A stretch of DNA of 64,000 nucleotides from Macrostomum lignano (taxonomy: Eukaryota). This document shows, piece after piece, positions 1-10,200 of the stretch (the first letter of the stretch is position 1; every line of letters begins with the position of its first letter). The DNA lies in contig NIVC01002517.1 of assembly GCA_002269645.1 (NCBI GenBank), positions 1 to 64,000 of the forward strand, in the 5' to 3' direction. Below the pieces are notes generated by a model. That model had not been told where the DNA came from and did not search any database. It saw nothing but the letters and a program-made list of their open reading frames with translations. Both the position numbers and the translations under genes were made by a program.

Positions 1-385
1 CGGATGTAGTGAAAGGCGGATGTAGAGGAAGGCGGATGTAGAGGAAGGCGGATAGAGGAAGGCGGATGTAAGGAAGGCGAATGTAGAGGAAGGCGGATGT
101 AGAGGAAGGCGGATGTAGAGGAAGCGGACGTAGAGGAAGGCGGAGTAGAGGAAGGCGAATGTAGAGGAAGGCGAATGTAGAGGAAGGCGATGTAGAGGAA
201 GGCGGATGTAGAGGAAGGCGGATGTAGAGGAAGGCGAATGTAGAGGAAGGCGGATGTAGAGGGAAGGCGAATGTAGAGGAAGGCGGATGTAGAGGAAGGC
301 GGATGTAGAGGAAGGCGATGTAGAGGAAGGCGAATGTAGAGAAAGGCGAATGTAGAGGAAGGCGGATGTAGAGGAATGCGGATGT
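1..385. repeat. 16-bp minisatellite (GGCGGATGTAGAGGAA)n in an upstream intron of the cadherin gene; runs off the window start
   Basis: Direct tandem periodicity of ~16 bp with minor variants (GGCGAATG, GGCGATG). Confidence 0.95.
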
Positions 386-1180
386 AAAGGTGTACGTTTA
401 ATTGGTTCCCCGCCAATTCATCACACTTCTAAATTTTGAGGGGGGGATCTTATTCAGACTAAAGGCTTCTCAGTGGCCCTTGTAATACTGGATCGCACAA
501 GTATACGGAAGGCTACCGGACATTTCCCCTCCGGCGATTCCGGTTTCATCACCACGTCGATCAACGGCCTGCAAGACGTGGAAGGCCCGCAACCAGCGTT
601 CGCGTGGGCAGCTACCTACCAGCACGCCTGGCTGGAGGTGCCCGTGAGAGAACGCAGATCACCCACTGCTCACCTACCTGCACGGTTTTACCTATGGCCT
701 ACCGCGGCCTGAACCAACTGCTGAACCAATTGAACCATCTTCCGTGCACCGAATCCAAAATTCACCGGAATCAAGCCTGGAGATTAAGGCGACGAGTGTC
801 GGACGCGATACGAGCGATCTTATTGACATCATGGCTTGATGGACTGAGCTGAAATGCGTCCAACGGCAGGAAGTTAGGATACTGAGAATCAGCTGAGGCC
901 TCTGAGGCCTACTGGACGATTCTTAGGGCGGCTTAAACAGTCCTTACTAAAAATCATTGGGTGCTTTAAGAAAGTTCTATGCAGATCTCTAGAGAACGCA
1001 TAGAGCTAAATGGGATTTCGCCCCAAGAAGCTTCTCCAGAGCATACTAAATGCACTGGCGATGCGACAAACATTCGGCCTTACCGGCCTCCAGATTATTT
1101 CTATGAAAACCGAGCGAAGCATCTCTCTACTTCAGTTGGCCAAAATGTTAATCTTCATCTCAATTAAAAAAACTTCCTAG

Positions 1181-4100
1181 GCGTTAACGCAAAGCTGGCC
1201 TTCCAATTGGATCCCAACGACATAGCAGCAGCTGCCATCGTCAGCTTAGACATCGACACTGGACGGCTGACTCCGCGGATTGTCTTCGACCGGAGCGACA
1301 GGATGCGTATAACTTCGCCGTGGTGGTCAAAGATCGCGGACAGCCGCCGCTCAGCACCAGCATCAGCGTCTGGCTGCGCGTGTCCGACGTCAACGACAAC
1401 ACGCCGGTGTTTCTCAAGCCTGAGTACGTCTTCAACATCAGCGAGAATTGCCAGCCGCGCAGCTCCGTCGGCAGAGTTGAAGCGCTCGACGCCGACTCGG
1501 TCCAGACAGGCAATGGCCGAGTACTGTATCGGCTGGCACCAGCCGAGAGCTCCGGTCGGGTCGCCGATGTCGACGCTTTCAGCGTGGATAGGGACAGCGG
1601 CGAGATTTTGACGGCGTGAGTTTTCGGGACAGAGAATCTCATTCTGCCCTCGGCCTGTCGAGTTGAGTGGCTGTGCGAAAAGACATCCATCCGCTCTTTG
1701 GATTCTTCTATCCGCTGTCATTCACCCGCTGCTACATTTTGACCTTTTATATCCGCCTATTTGTATCCTCCCTCTACCACCTGCCCTCAACCACCTGACC
1801 TCCACTACCCGCATCCATCGCCCCACCCCGCAGAGCCAATCTGGACAGGGAGACCCAGGCCGAATACTCATTTCACGTATTGGCTATCGACCAGCCAGCA
1901 ATGGAAAGTGAGGCCAGCCTGACGGCCACCTGCTTAGTCCGAGTCCTGCTCGCCGACGTCAACGACAACGCGCCCCGGCTGGTGACCTCGCCGCCGCACT
2001 ACCCGGCGGTGTTCCACCTGCGCCAGCGCGAGCCCGGCGTCCGAGTTGGCCGCGTCCGCGCCGAGGACGCCGACAACATTCAAGCCGACGCCTCGGCCGG
2101 CCTCGAATACGAGCTGGTGAACTCGGTGGAGCTCGGCCATCGGTTCAGCGTGGACCGCGCCTCCGGCCTGGTGCTGGTTGGCCAGTCGCTGCGCCGCGAC
2201 ACCGGTCAGGAGTTTCAGTTGCGTGTGCGCGCCTGTGACACCCGGCAGCTGCCGCGCCGCTGCTCCGCCGCCGGGCTCTACCGCGTTATCGTGGAGACCG
2301 ACGACGTTGCTGTCGTCGGAGTCGGAAATTGGAGAAGCATCTCAGAGAGCGGCATCCGAAATCATCCGCAAGCTCAGCCGCCGTCGCACGTTGGTGGCGG
2401 AGGCTTCGGCAGCGTTGGAGCCAGCGAGACGGTGATCGCCTGCCTGTCGGCCATGCTGCTGTTGCTGGGCGCCGCAGTGGTGATCATCGTCTGCGTGCTG
2501 GTCAGGCGCAGGCCCGAGCACAAATGCCGGCGGTCATCAGACGTTGTTGAAGATGTCTTGGCGCCTGGAGCGGCTTTGGCAGCGGCATCGCTGTGTGATG
2601 GGGCTTCCTCACTGGATGCCGGGCAGTTTGGTGAGTGTCCAGGGCCTGATGGTGAGTGTCCAGGGCATGATGATGAGTGTCCAGGGCCTGATGGTAAGTG
2701 TCCAGGGCGTGATAGTGAGTGTCCATGTCGACGGATTGTAGCCTAGTGGTTAGATCGTCGGACTCACGACTGAAAGACTGAAAGGTCGGGGGTTCGATTC
2801 TCGACCCACTCGGAACAATTGAGCAAGACACTTAACTCTACATTGCTTCAGTTCACCCATCTGTAAAATGGGTGCCAGCATTAGCTGGGGTAATTGAGGG
2901 TGTGTGGCGACCCCCCAGTCCTTGGACTGAACAGCCGTACGCAGCCTTCAGATGCGCCGCGCAATAGCTGCGGTTGAGCTGTCGGTTGCACGTCTGCCCA
3001 TTAGGACAGGTGTAGTCCATTAGTACCATTAATTATTATTATGGCATGATGGTGAGTGTCCAGGGCATGTAAGGCATGTACACTCTCTGTGCCTTGGAGG
3101 TTGGCCCGCATGGGTTTGGATCTCATGAAAATCCCCAAGTAAATGTGGAATCGAACCAGACGCGTCTACCGCTGAGCTGCTTTGCCCCCCCCCCCCCCCC
3201 AGTTCATGGCACGACGGCGCGTGTCCATGGATGATAAGAACTCAGAACATGCTTATGGGAGCAGAAAAATGGTGACGAAAACATTGCAGAGATGAACTCG
3301 ATCAGCACCAAGATGATACCTGCGTTTCCTTACGATCGCGCAGTTACGGAAAGCTACCAGGACTACCCGGACTGGGCGGAGGTGATTTTCCTGCCTGTTG
3401 TTTTCATATTATTACAGCACTCAGACAAATAGTTTGCCCATTTCTTATCCCTGCAGGACGATTTCGATACCTCCAAGTCCAACGGCATGCGCCTAAAATT
3501 ACCTGGTACTGCAGTTTATACAGCTCACAGACGAGCCACAACTGACAGAAATGCGGGCAGTAGGTACTACACCACTAGTCCTGCTATTGGTGAGACTGGA
3601 ATTTTAATAACACATTTATATGTGGTGCTTAAATATAATTTCTATCAGACGTCATTCCAACAATAAGTAGTCACAGCTTGACTCCCATGTGAGTGATGTA
3701 CGACTACATGGTTTATGATTCCTGCCTGACAGCTTGAGTCCCCTTAAGCTACTCAATTTACTTGTAAGGTTGTATTGTCGCAAAACAAACATTCTGCCTG
3801 CCAATAGAGTGCTATTTTTAGAGTAACAGTCTGACGAGATCATTGCGTGATTCTCCCTGACTCACTTCCTCTTCTCTAATTTGCACGCTCTATCATTGAC
3901 ATAGCTTCTTTCGGCTAGCAAGTTTCAAATTATGTTTTCTTCGTCAGCCTAAGGAAGCAACTACTAGCGCCACTCGTAGTTTGTTGTTGATAGGGCAGTG
4001 AATATCGACTTTAGCAAGTGTTCAATACGCTGTGTACTTTAATACTGTGAAGCTCTTGTAAGTAAGATTGAGTGAGAGAATTTACTACTTGCAAGTAGTT

Positions 4101-4454
4101 TAATGTAGGAAGAAGGCATAAAAAACTTTCTCTTTCTCAAAATTTTAACCGCGACGCTCTGCCTGCCCAGCAGGCTCGAATTCCGAGTACCAGTCGCTGG
4201 ACGCGCCCAGGCTCCGTTTCCCCTGGCAACCAATGGGCAGTGCCGAGGCCCCGGCCCGGCTGCTGCACCTCGGCGGACTTCGCGCAAATCCCGAACTGGC
4301 CGACTCTGGCGCCGCTGCAGCCTCCGCAACGCTACCAAGGAATTTCCGTCGCCGAGCTGACCACAACGACCAGGTGGACAAAACTGCCTCTGTTTACTTC
4401 CGGCTGGCCCGCCGAAGGCCGCTCTGTCCCTTCAATGAGGCCAGCTTTGTATGA
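1181..4454 (+). CDS. Protocadherin-like transmembrane protein, 3' part (5' exons upstream of the window). Exons 1181-1615, 1834-2630, 3290-3381, 3457-3589, 4174-4454
   Basis: Cadherin motifs GVNAKLAFQL, FDRE, VxDVNDNxPxF, AxDxDxxxxGNG, LDRE, DVNDNAP. TM helix VIACLSAMLLLLGAAVVIIVCVLV followed by RRRP. GT-AG sites with compatible phases (2,1,0,1). C-terminus EASFV* fits a class I PDZ-binding motif. One frameshift near 1291-1293. The cytoplasmic exons are less certain than the ectodomain exons. Confidence 0.85.
2631..2725 (+). repeat. 21-bp tandem repeat (GTGAGTGTCCAGGGCCTGATG) beginning exactly at the cadherin splice donor; one further copy at ~3045-3068
   Basis: Units start at 2631, 2652, 2673, 2694 and 2715. 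Confidence 0.9.
2733..3042 (+). mobile_element. tRNA-derived CORE-SINE (family A)
   Basis: A box TAGCCTAGTGG and B box GGTTCGATTCT. Segment 2819-2872 TTGAGCAAGACACTTAACTCTACATTGCTTCAGTTCACCCATCTGTAAAATGGG resembles the MIR CORE consensus as recalled. (ATT)n tail at 3030-3042. Confidence 0.8.
3062..3180 (-). mobile_element. Truncated SINE family B copy
   Basis: Reverse complement reads GCAGCTCAGCGG...GGTTCGATTCC...GGGCCAACCTCCAAGGCACAGAGAGTGTACATGCCTTAC, matching the family B body at 15850 and 21285. Confidence 0.7.
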
Positions 4455-4492
4455 TACCCGCCTCGTGCTGGTGTTCTCAGAATTAGGGTAGT

Positions 4493-4862
4493 ACAACCCC
4501 ACAGTCCTACCCCTGCCCAACCCCACAGTCCTACCCCTGCCCAACCCCACAGTCCTACCCCTGCCCAACCCCACAGTCCTACCCCTGCCCAACCCCACAG
4601 TCCTACCCCTGCCCAACCCCACAGTCCTACCCCTGCCCAACCCCACAGTCCTACCCCTGCCCAACCCCACAGTCCTACCCCTGCCCAACCCCACAGTCCT
4701 ACCCCTGCCCAACCCCACAGTCCTACCCCTGCCCAACCCCACAGTCCTACCCCTGCCCAACCCCACAGTCCTACCCCTGCCCAACCCCACAGTCCTACCC
4801 CTGCCCAACCACACAGTCCTACCCCTCCCCAACCCCACAGTCCTACCCCTGCCCAACCCCAC
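4493..4862. repeat. 24-bp minisatellite (ACCCCACAGTCCTACCCCTGCCCA)n, ~15 copies, just 3' of the cadherin stop
   Basis: Near-perfect periodicity; produces the spurious GLGRGRTV ORF repeats. Confidence 0.97.
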
Positions 4863-7254
4863 ATTAAAACTCCTAACCGCTGAAAATATCAAAGCAAACT
4901 CACTTTTCTCTCACTCGCACTATAAACCCTCATTAAGTCAAAAACCACTTCCATTCCAACGGAAAAAGTTTTTAATTACATGTAGTCGTACCTTTTAGCG
5001 AGGGAAATCCAATATGCAGAATTCGATCGAGCTCAAATATTGCTTTAATTACACTACAAACGTTTAAACCTGCATTGAGCAGATCCCAAATTGTTGATGA
5101 ATTGTTACTTTAAAACCACTGGGACCAAAACCTTATGTACTTGTACCGCATTCGCAATAATATTGCTGCTAAACCATGTTCCATTATGGCCGTGAACTTG
5201 AATTGATTCATAAATTTGTTGTTTGAAATTCGGCCCCATAGTTTCATTAGCACTCCTAAATTACATGGAGTAGTGTTACACTCCTTTTGTTAGACTAGAC
5301 AAGTTTGGCTAGTCCAAAAATTGCACAAAAAATGTCTATAATTCCCATCTATTGTGTCCAGTTTTTTCAAATTTAACAATCTTCTTTGGCATTCGAATCC
5401 CGCCTTCATAAAAATCGCTTCGGTGAATTGAAATTCTTAAAGACTGACCTCAATTCTTACTACTCGAGATGTTCTACATGTACAATAGTTATTTAAACTT
5501 TTAACCTTTGTTTACATAAATTATAACCTACCTCCAAGCAGTGTCAGTCCTTAACCCCATTTGTTGGTTTAATTTTATAAACATAAAATTAAAATGCGGA
5601 GCTTATGTACGTGCTTTTTGTGCATCGATCTGCTTTTATTGATTTTCATCCTGTTATTACGTAGTTTAGGAAAGGATCGTGGCTTTCAAATATTTTTGAC
5701 GGTACATTACTTGCTTCAATCAATTTGAATTTCTTTACTACAAACTGGCTCTTTACTCATAAAATAATTTTTCTTGGATACTGTCGAGGATTAACCTTTA
5801 GACTCTTTTTATTGAGAAAAAATCGATGGACAATCAAACTAACAAGCAAATATCGTTACATTCAAATTTTTGAACCCGACCTTAATAACTTTAATTTTAG
5901 CGTGTACACTGTACGAGCGAATACACGAGGTGATCAATGCGTAGCAAAAATGAATATTTTCGTTGTCAATGTCATCCTTGGTATAAAAAAGTTAACTAAC
6001 TTGACATGTTAATTTCTTTCAAATCCGCAGGAAAAAAACTAGCCATTGTCGACTTACATTTAAGAGCTGATATTCTGGACGCAAGTTGGAGGTATAAATT
6101 TTAAACAGCACGTCTATTTCATATCACTGTACACTACGAGCGTACGTAAATACACGTAGAATTGGCATTTGGTAGCCAGTATCCATGAAATACATGAGGG
6201 TACGTTTTGACGACGTTTGAAAAAGAGGGTTTGCATATTAGATACCTTTTTTCTGAAGCAATTACTGAATAGAATTTGATAATTGATTTTCGCGCATTCA
6301 TGATTCAACTAATGTTGTTTTTTCTTAAAATTGTTTCCAATCTAATGTCCAATTGTTTAAAATTCACGTGATGCCTTAATCATAAGTCTCTGTACAAGAC
6401 AAAAGCCTTAAAGTCTAAAAAATTAATATAATTCGTTGATTTTGTATTTCTACGATTTGTACTATAATTTATAATGTTCTTAGTCATAATTTTTCTAAAA
6501 TCGATCGCGCACACATGCACACACATACCGACAAACCATTTTTATTGAATGATAGATGAGATCAAATTTCGGAAGTATTTTTAATGCAATCAAATGTGCA
6601 GTAATTTAATGCTTTAAATTACATTGTCAATATGCAGTGTGACTTTTTCGGTCGAAATTCAGTAACTGAAATTTCAATAATCATATATTTATATAAATTT
6701 AGCCGGCAGGCGGCAGCTACATGTAGTATGCATTATATTGAAAATGTTGTTTTCTTTCGCAGGTTGCCACGATAATAAAAAACGGTTTAAACAAAGTATA
6801 CAGAAAAAAATTAAGAACAGCTTAAGCTAAGGACGACTTTATGCATTTTTATTTTGTATAATTAGTAATAAAGTTTCTGACGCTTGCATATAATGCTACG
6901 GACACTGACGCGTTGGCTTCAATGCTTCCTTTTATATTTCGCGTCTTTTTGAAATTTATTTGAAATAAAAAAATGATTTTTAAACAATACAATACATAAC
7001 GAATCGGTGTCCACTGATCGTCCTTGGTTATTCAGTTGTACCTAGTAAGCACTGCGTATTGATCTAAGCCATCAGATCGGATCGGCTCTAGACTATAGCA
7101 GAACCTCTGAAGTGTCTCATTGGTTGGGTTAGATTGCATTAGCTACAGCCTACAATGCTTGATTTACGTTTCCAATTTATAAGTCTATGACGCAATATGT
7201 TTTATATTTAACTTGAAAACCGTACTGAGTTACAGCCGATGTACCATTTTAAGC

Positions 7255-10200
7255 ATGGAAACATTACGTAGAATTTTTGGGCTTCGAAAGGAAACCAGTC
7301 CTTCAGATATCAAAAAGAGTGGCATTGAATGTATTGTTCAATGTCTAGACGAAGGAAAAGCAACTATTAATTTACCTGTAAGTCATTTTCTTTGATACAT
7401 GGCCCTATTAAAGTTATGTTGAATTCCATATGTGGTTCTTAGCTTTTTGAGTCAGTAGCCGAGCTGTTTTTTCTACTTTAGATATTTTAGACATTTGAAT
7501 GATTGTGTCCTAGAAATATAATAAATTATTTATTATATTTAATTTCCAACATTAGAATTAAAATTATAATTTGATAAAAAATCAAGGCTAGTTAATATAG
7601 TTTTCCTGTGGTATAAGTTAAATATAGGTAAATTAAGGACATTAGCCTAAATTTTAAAATGAAGAGATATATTTTATTAAAGTAGTAGGAAAAACTATTT
7701 TTAGATAATTTATACTTCATTTAAAAATAATTATAAAATAAAATTCTTCAAATATACAAGGTATACTTCCATGTGTTCTATAGCAACTAATGAGTTTTAA
7801 GTATTATGAATTGTTTTATTATTTTATTAGAGTATCTATTATAACTTTCATCTTTTTGACAGAAAACATGCCTTGCCAGTGAGCTCTATGATAGAGTCTA
7901 CAAAGAGCTAGACTTCCAATGTGAACATGACTATTTTGCTTTGCAATTCACGGACTTTCATGGCATCAGGCATTGGCTAGATCCAACTAAAGAGTTACGG
8001 CGCCAGATTAATAAGCGAATGCGTGAGTTTTGCTTCTTGACTTACCTTATCTATTGCTAATAATATAGCAAATTGTAATTTAAACATTTTATTACCTAAA
8101 CCAGAATATATACTAGCTATATGAATGTGGAAAGGCAAAATAATTCAAAACTAAATAGTTTTGACCTAGTTTTTGATTGCCTATGACCAAAGCTATCCTT
8201 GACCCAAATTGTCCATGACCCAAACTTTCCATGACCCAAACTATCCATGACCAAAACTATCCATGACCTAAACTATCCATGACTAAAACTATCCATGACC
8301 CACCCAAACTTTCCATGACCAAAGCTATCCATGATCCAAATTGTCCATGACCCAAACTGTCTTTGACCCAAACTATCCATGACCCACCCAAACAGTCCAT
8401 GACCGAAACTGTCCATGACCCAAACTTTCCATGACACAAACTATCCATGACCAAAACTGTCCATGACCCAAACTATCCATGACCCAAACAGTCCATGACC
8501 CAAACTATTCATGACCCAAACTGTCCATGACCCAAACTTTCCATGACCCAAACTATCCATGACCAAAACTATCCATGACCCACCCAAACTTTCCATGACC
8601 AAAGCTGTCCATGACCCAAACTTTCCATGACCAAAGCTGTCCATGATCCAAATTGTCCATGACCCAAACTGTCCATGACCCAAACTATCCATGACCGAAA
8701 CAGTCCATGACCCAAACTGTCCATGACCCAAACCAGTCCTATCAAAATGGGGCATCAAAGGGCAATCAAAGTAATATTTGCATAAGTTACCACACTGTTT
8801 TAGCTGGTCCTCCGTTCACATTCCGCTTTCTGGTAAAGTTCTATTCTAGCGAGCCGGACAACTATTTGAAAGAAGAGCTGACTCGGTGAGATAATGTGTA
8901 TAAATTGTATAAATAAATATCTAGTTACATTTTGTCACTCATGGACATTGTATATTAAAAACCTGCCGACTTTTCCCCAGCTACTTGTTTGTCCTGCAAC
9001 TGCGTTCGGATATTCGAGATGGCCGGCTTGTTTGCCGAGACGAGGCCAAGGCGGCCGAACTAGCGGCTCTGGTTATACAAGGTGAGGCCCTGCTGCCAGG
9101 GTATAGTAGCTGGGAGTGCTTGAGTGGAGGACTGAAGTGTTTTTGGGTTGGTAAAAGTACTCTTTAAGGATTATTATTATTAGCAAAAGTACACTGAATT
9201 TTTTATTTAGCAAGAGTTTATTTAAGTGCTGCGCGTCAGTAAAATTATACCGAAAGCCTAGATAATTAAATAAAGTACACTGAAGGTCTGAAGGATTAGC
9301 AAAAGTACACTGAAAGTCTGGAGGCTTAGCAAAAGTACACTGAAAGTCTGGAGGATTAGAAAAAGTACACCGAAAGTCTGGAGGCTTAAGCAAAAGTACA
9401 CTGAAAGTCTGGAGGATTAGCAAAAGTACACTGAAAGTCTGGAGGTTTATTTAAAGTACATTGAAATTCTGATGGATTAGAAAAGTACACTGAAAGTCTG
9501 GAGGCTTAGCAAAAGTACACTGAAAGTCAGGAGGTTTATTTAAAGTACATTGAAAGTCTGATGGATTAGAAAAGTACACTGAAAGTCTGGAGGTTTATTT
9601 AAAGTACATTGAAAGTCTGATGGATTAGAAAAGTACACTGAAAGTCTGGAGGCTTATTTAAAGTACATTGAAAGTCTGATGGATTAGAAAAGTACACTGA
9701 AAGTCTGGAGGCTTAGCTACGAGTAAAATACAATAAGAGACGCCGGCTACCAAAAGTACTCTAAAGATCTGGGGGTAGCATATAAGTAACACTAAAAGTG
9801 TACGGGAGCTAGCAAAAGTACGAGTACACCAGAGAATCGGGGGTACATCAGTAACCAAATGTAATCCAATTTAAGTCTAATGTAACCAAATGTAACCAAG
9901 CGCTGCTTAACCAATCCCAAATGTAAGAAATAACCTTTCCGCTCCCATTCGCAGCGGAAGAGGACGACTACGACCCCCTGAGACACACGCCCGGCTTCGT
10001 GTCTCAGTTCAAATTCCTGCCAGACCGACAACAGACAGAAGCGTTCGAGCTGCGAGTGCTGGACGAGTACAGGAAGCTGGCGTGAGTGGCTCTTTGCCTT
10101 ATCAGCTGTTTGTACATATCTGAAATTGGTTCTGTTTATTTACTGTCTTCAAATCTGTTTTTAGTAACAGAAACCTATCGCCGGCCCTGTGCGAGCGGAT

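Noticed and set aside
473-1167. Short ORFs (79, 82, 62 aa) in the cadherin intron
   Set aside because: No recognisable motifs or convincing splice pairing; possibly decayed TE sequence, but unsupported.
2733-2815. tRNA gene-like sequences here and at 15723, 21144, 45100 and 47955
   Set aside because: They have A/B boxes but no complete cloverleaf, and they continue into shared repeat bodies, so they are SINE heads or TE-borne boxes rather than tRNA genes.
3203-3235. Acceptor after the poly-C run as the next cadherin exon
   Set aside because: The required phase hits TGA after 10 codons. The acceptor at 3287-3289 gives an open, phase-compatible exon.
4332-4892. Long repetitive ORFs (also 14122-15153, 18214-18982, 19429-20391, 21225-21914, 25275-25997, 28996-30407, 33373-34125)
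   Set aside because: Translations of minisatellites or antisense shadows of real exons; the periodic peptides mirror the DNA unit length.
4975-6560. AT-rich stretch ending in a CACACACATACCGACAAAC...ATAGAT motif reminiscent of non-autonomous Helitron-like repeats
   Set aside because: No second copy or definable termini in the window, so it cannot be supported without a database search.
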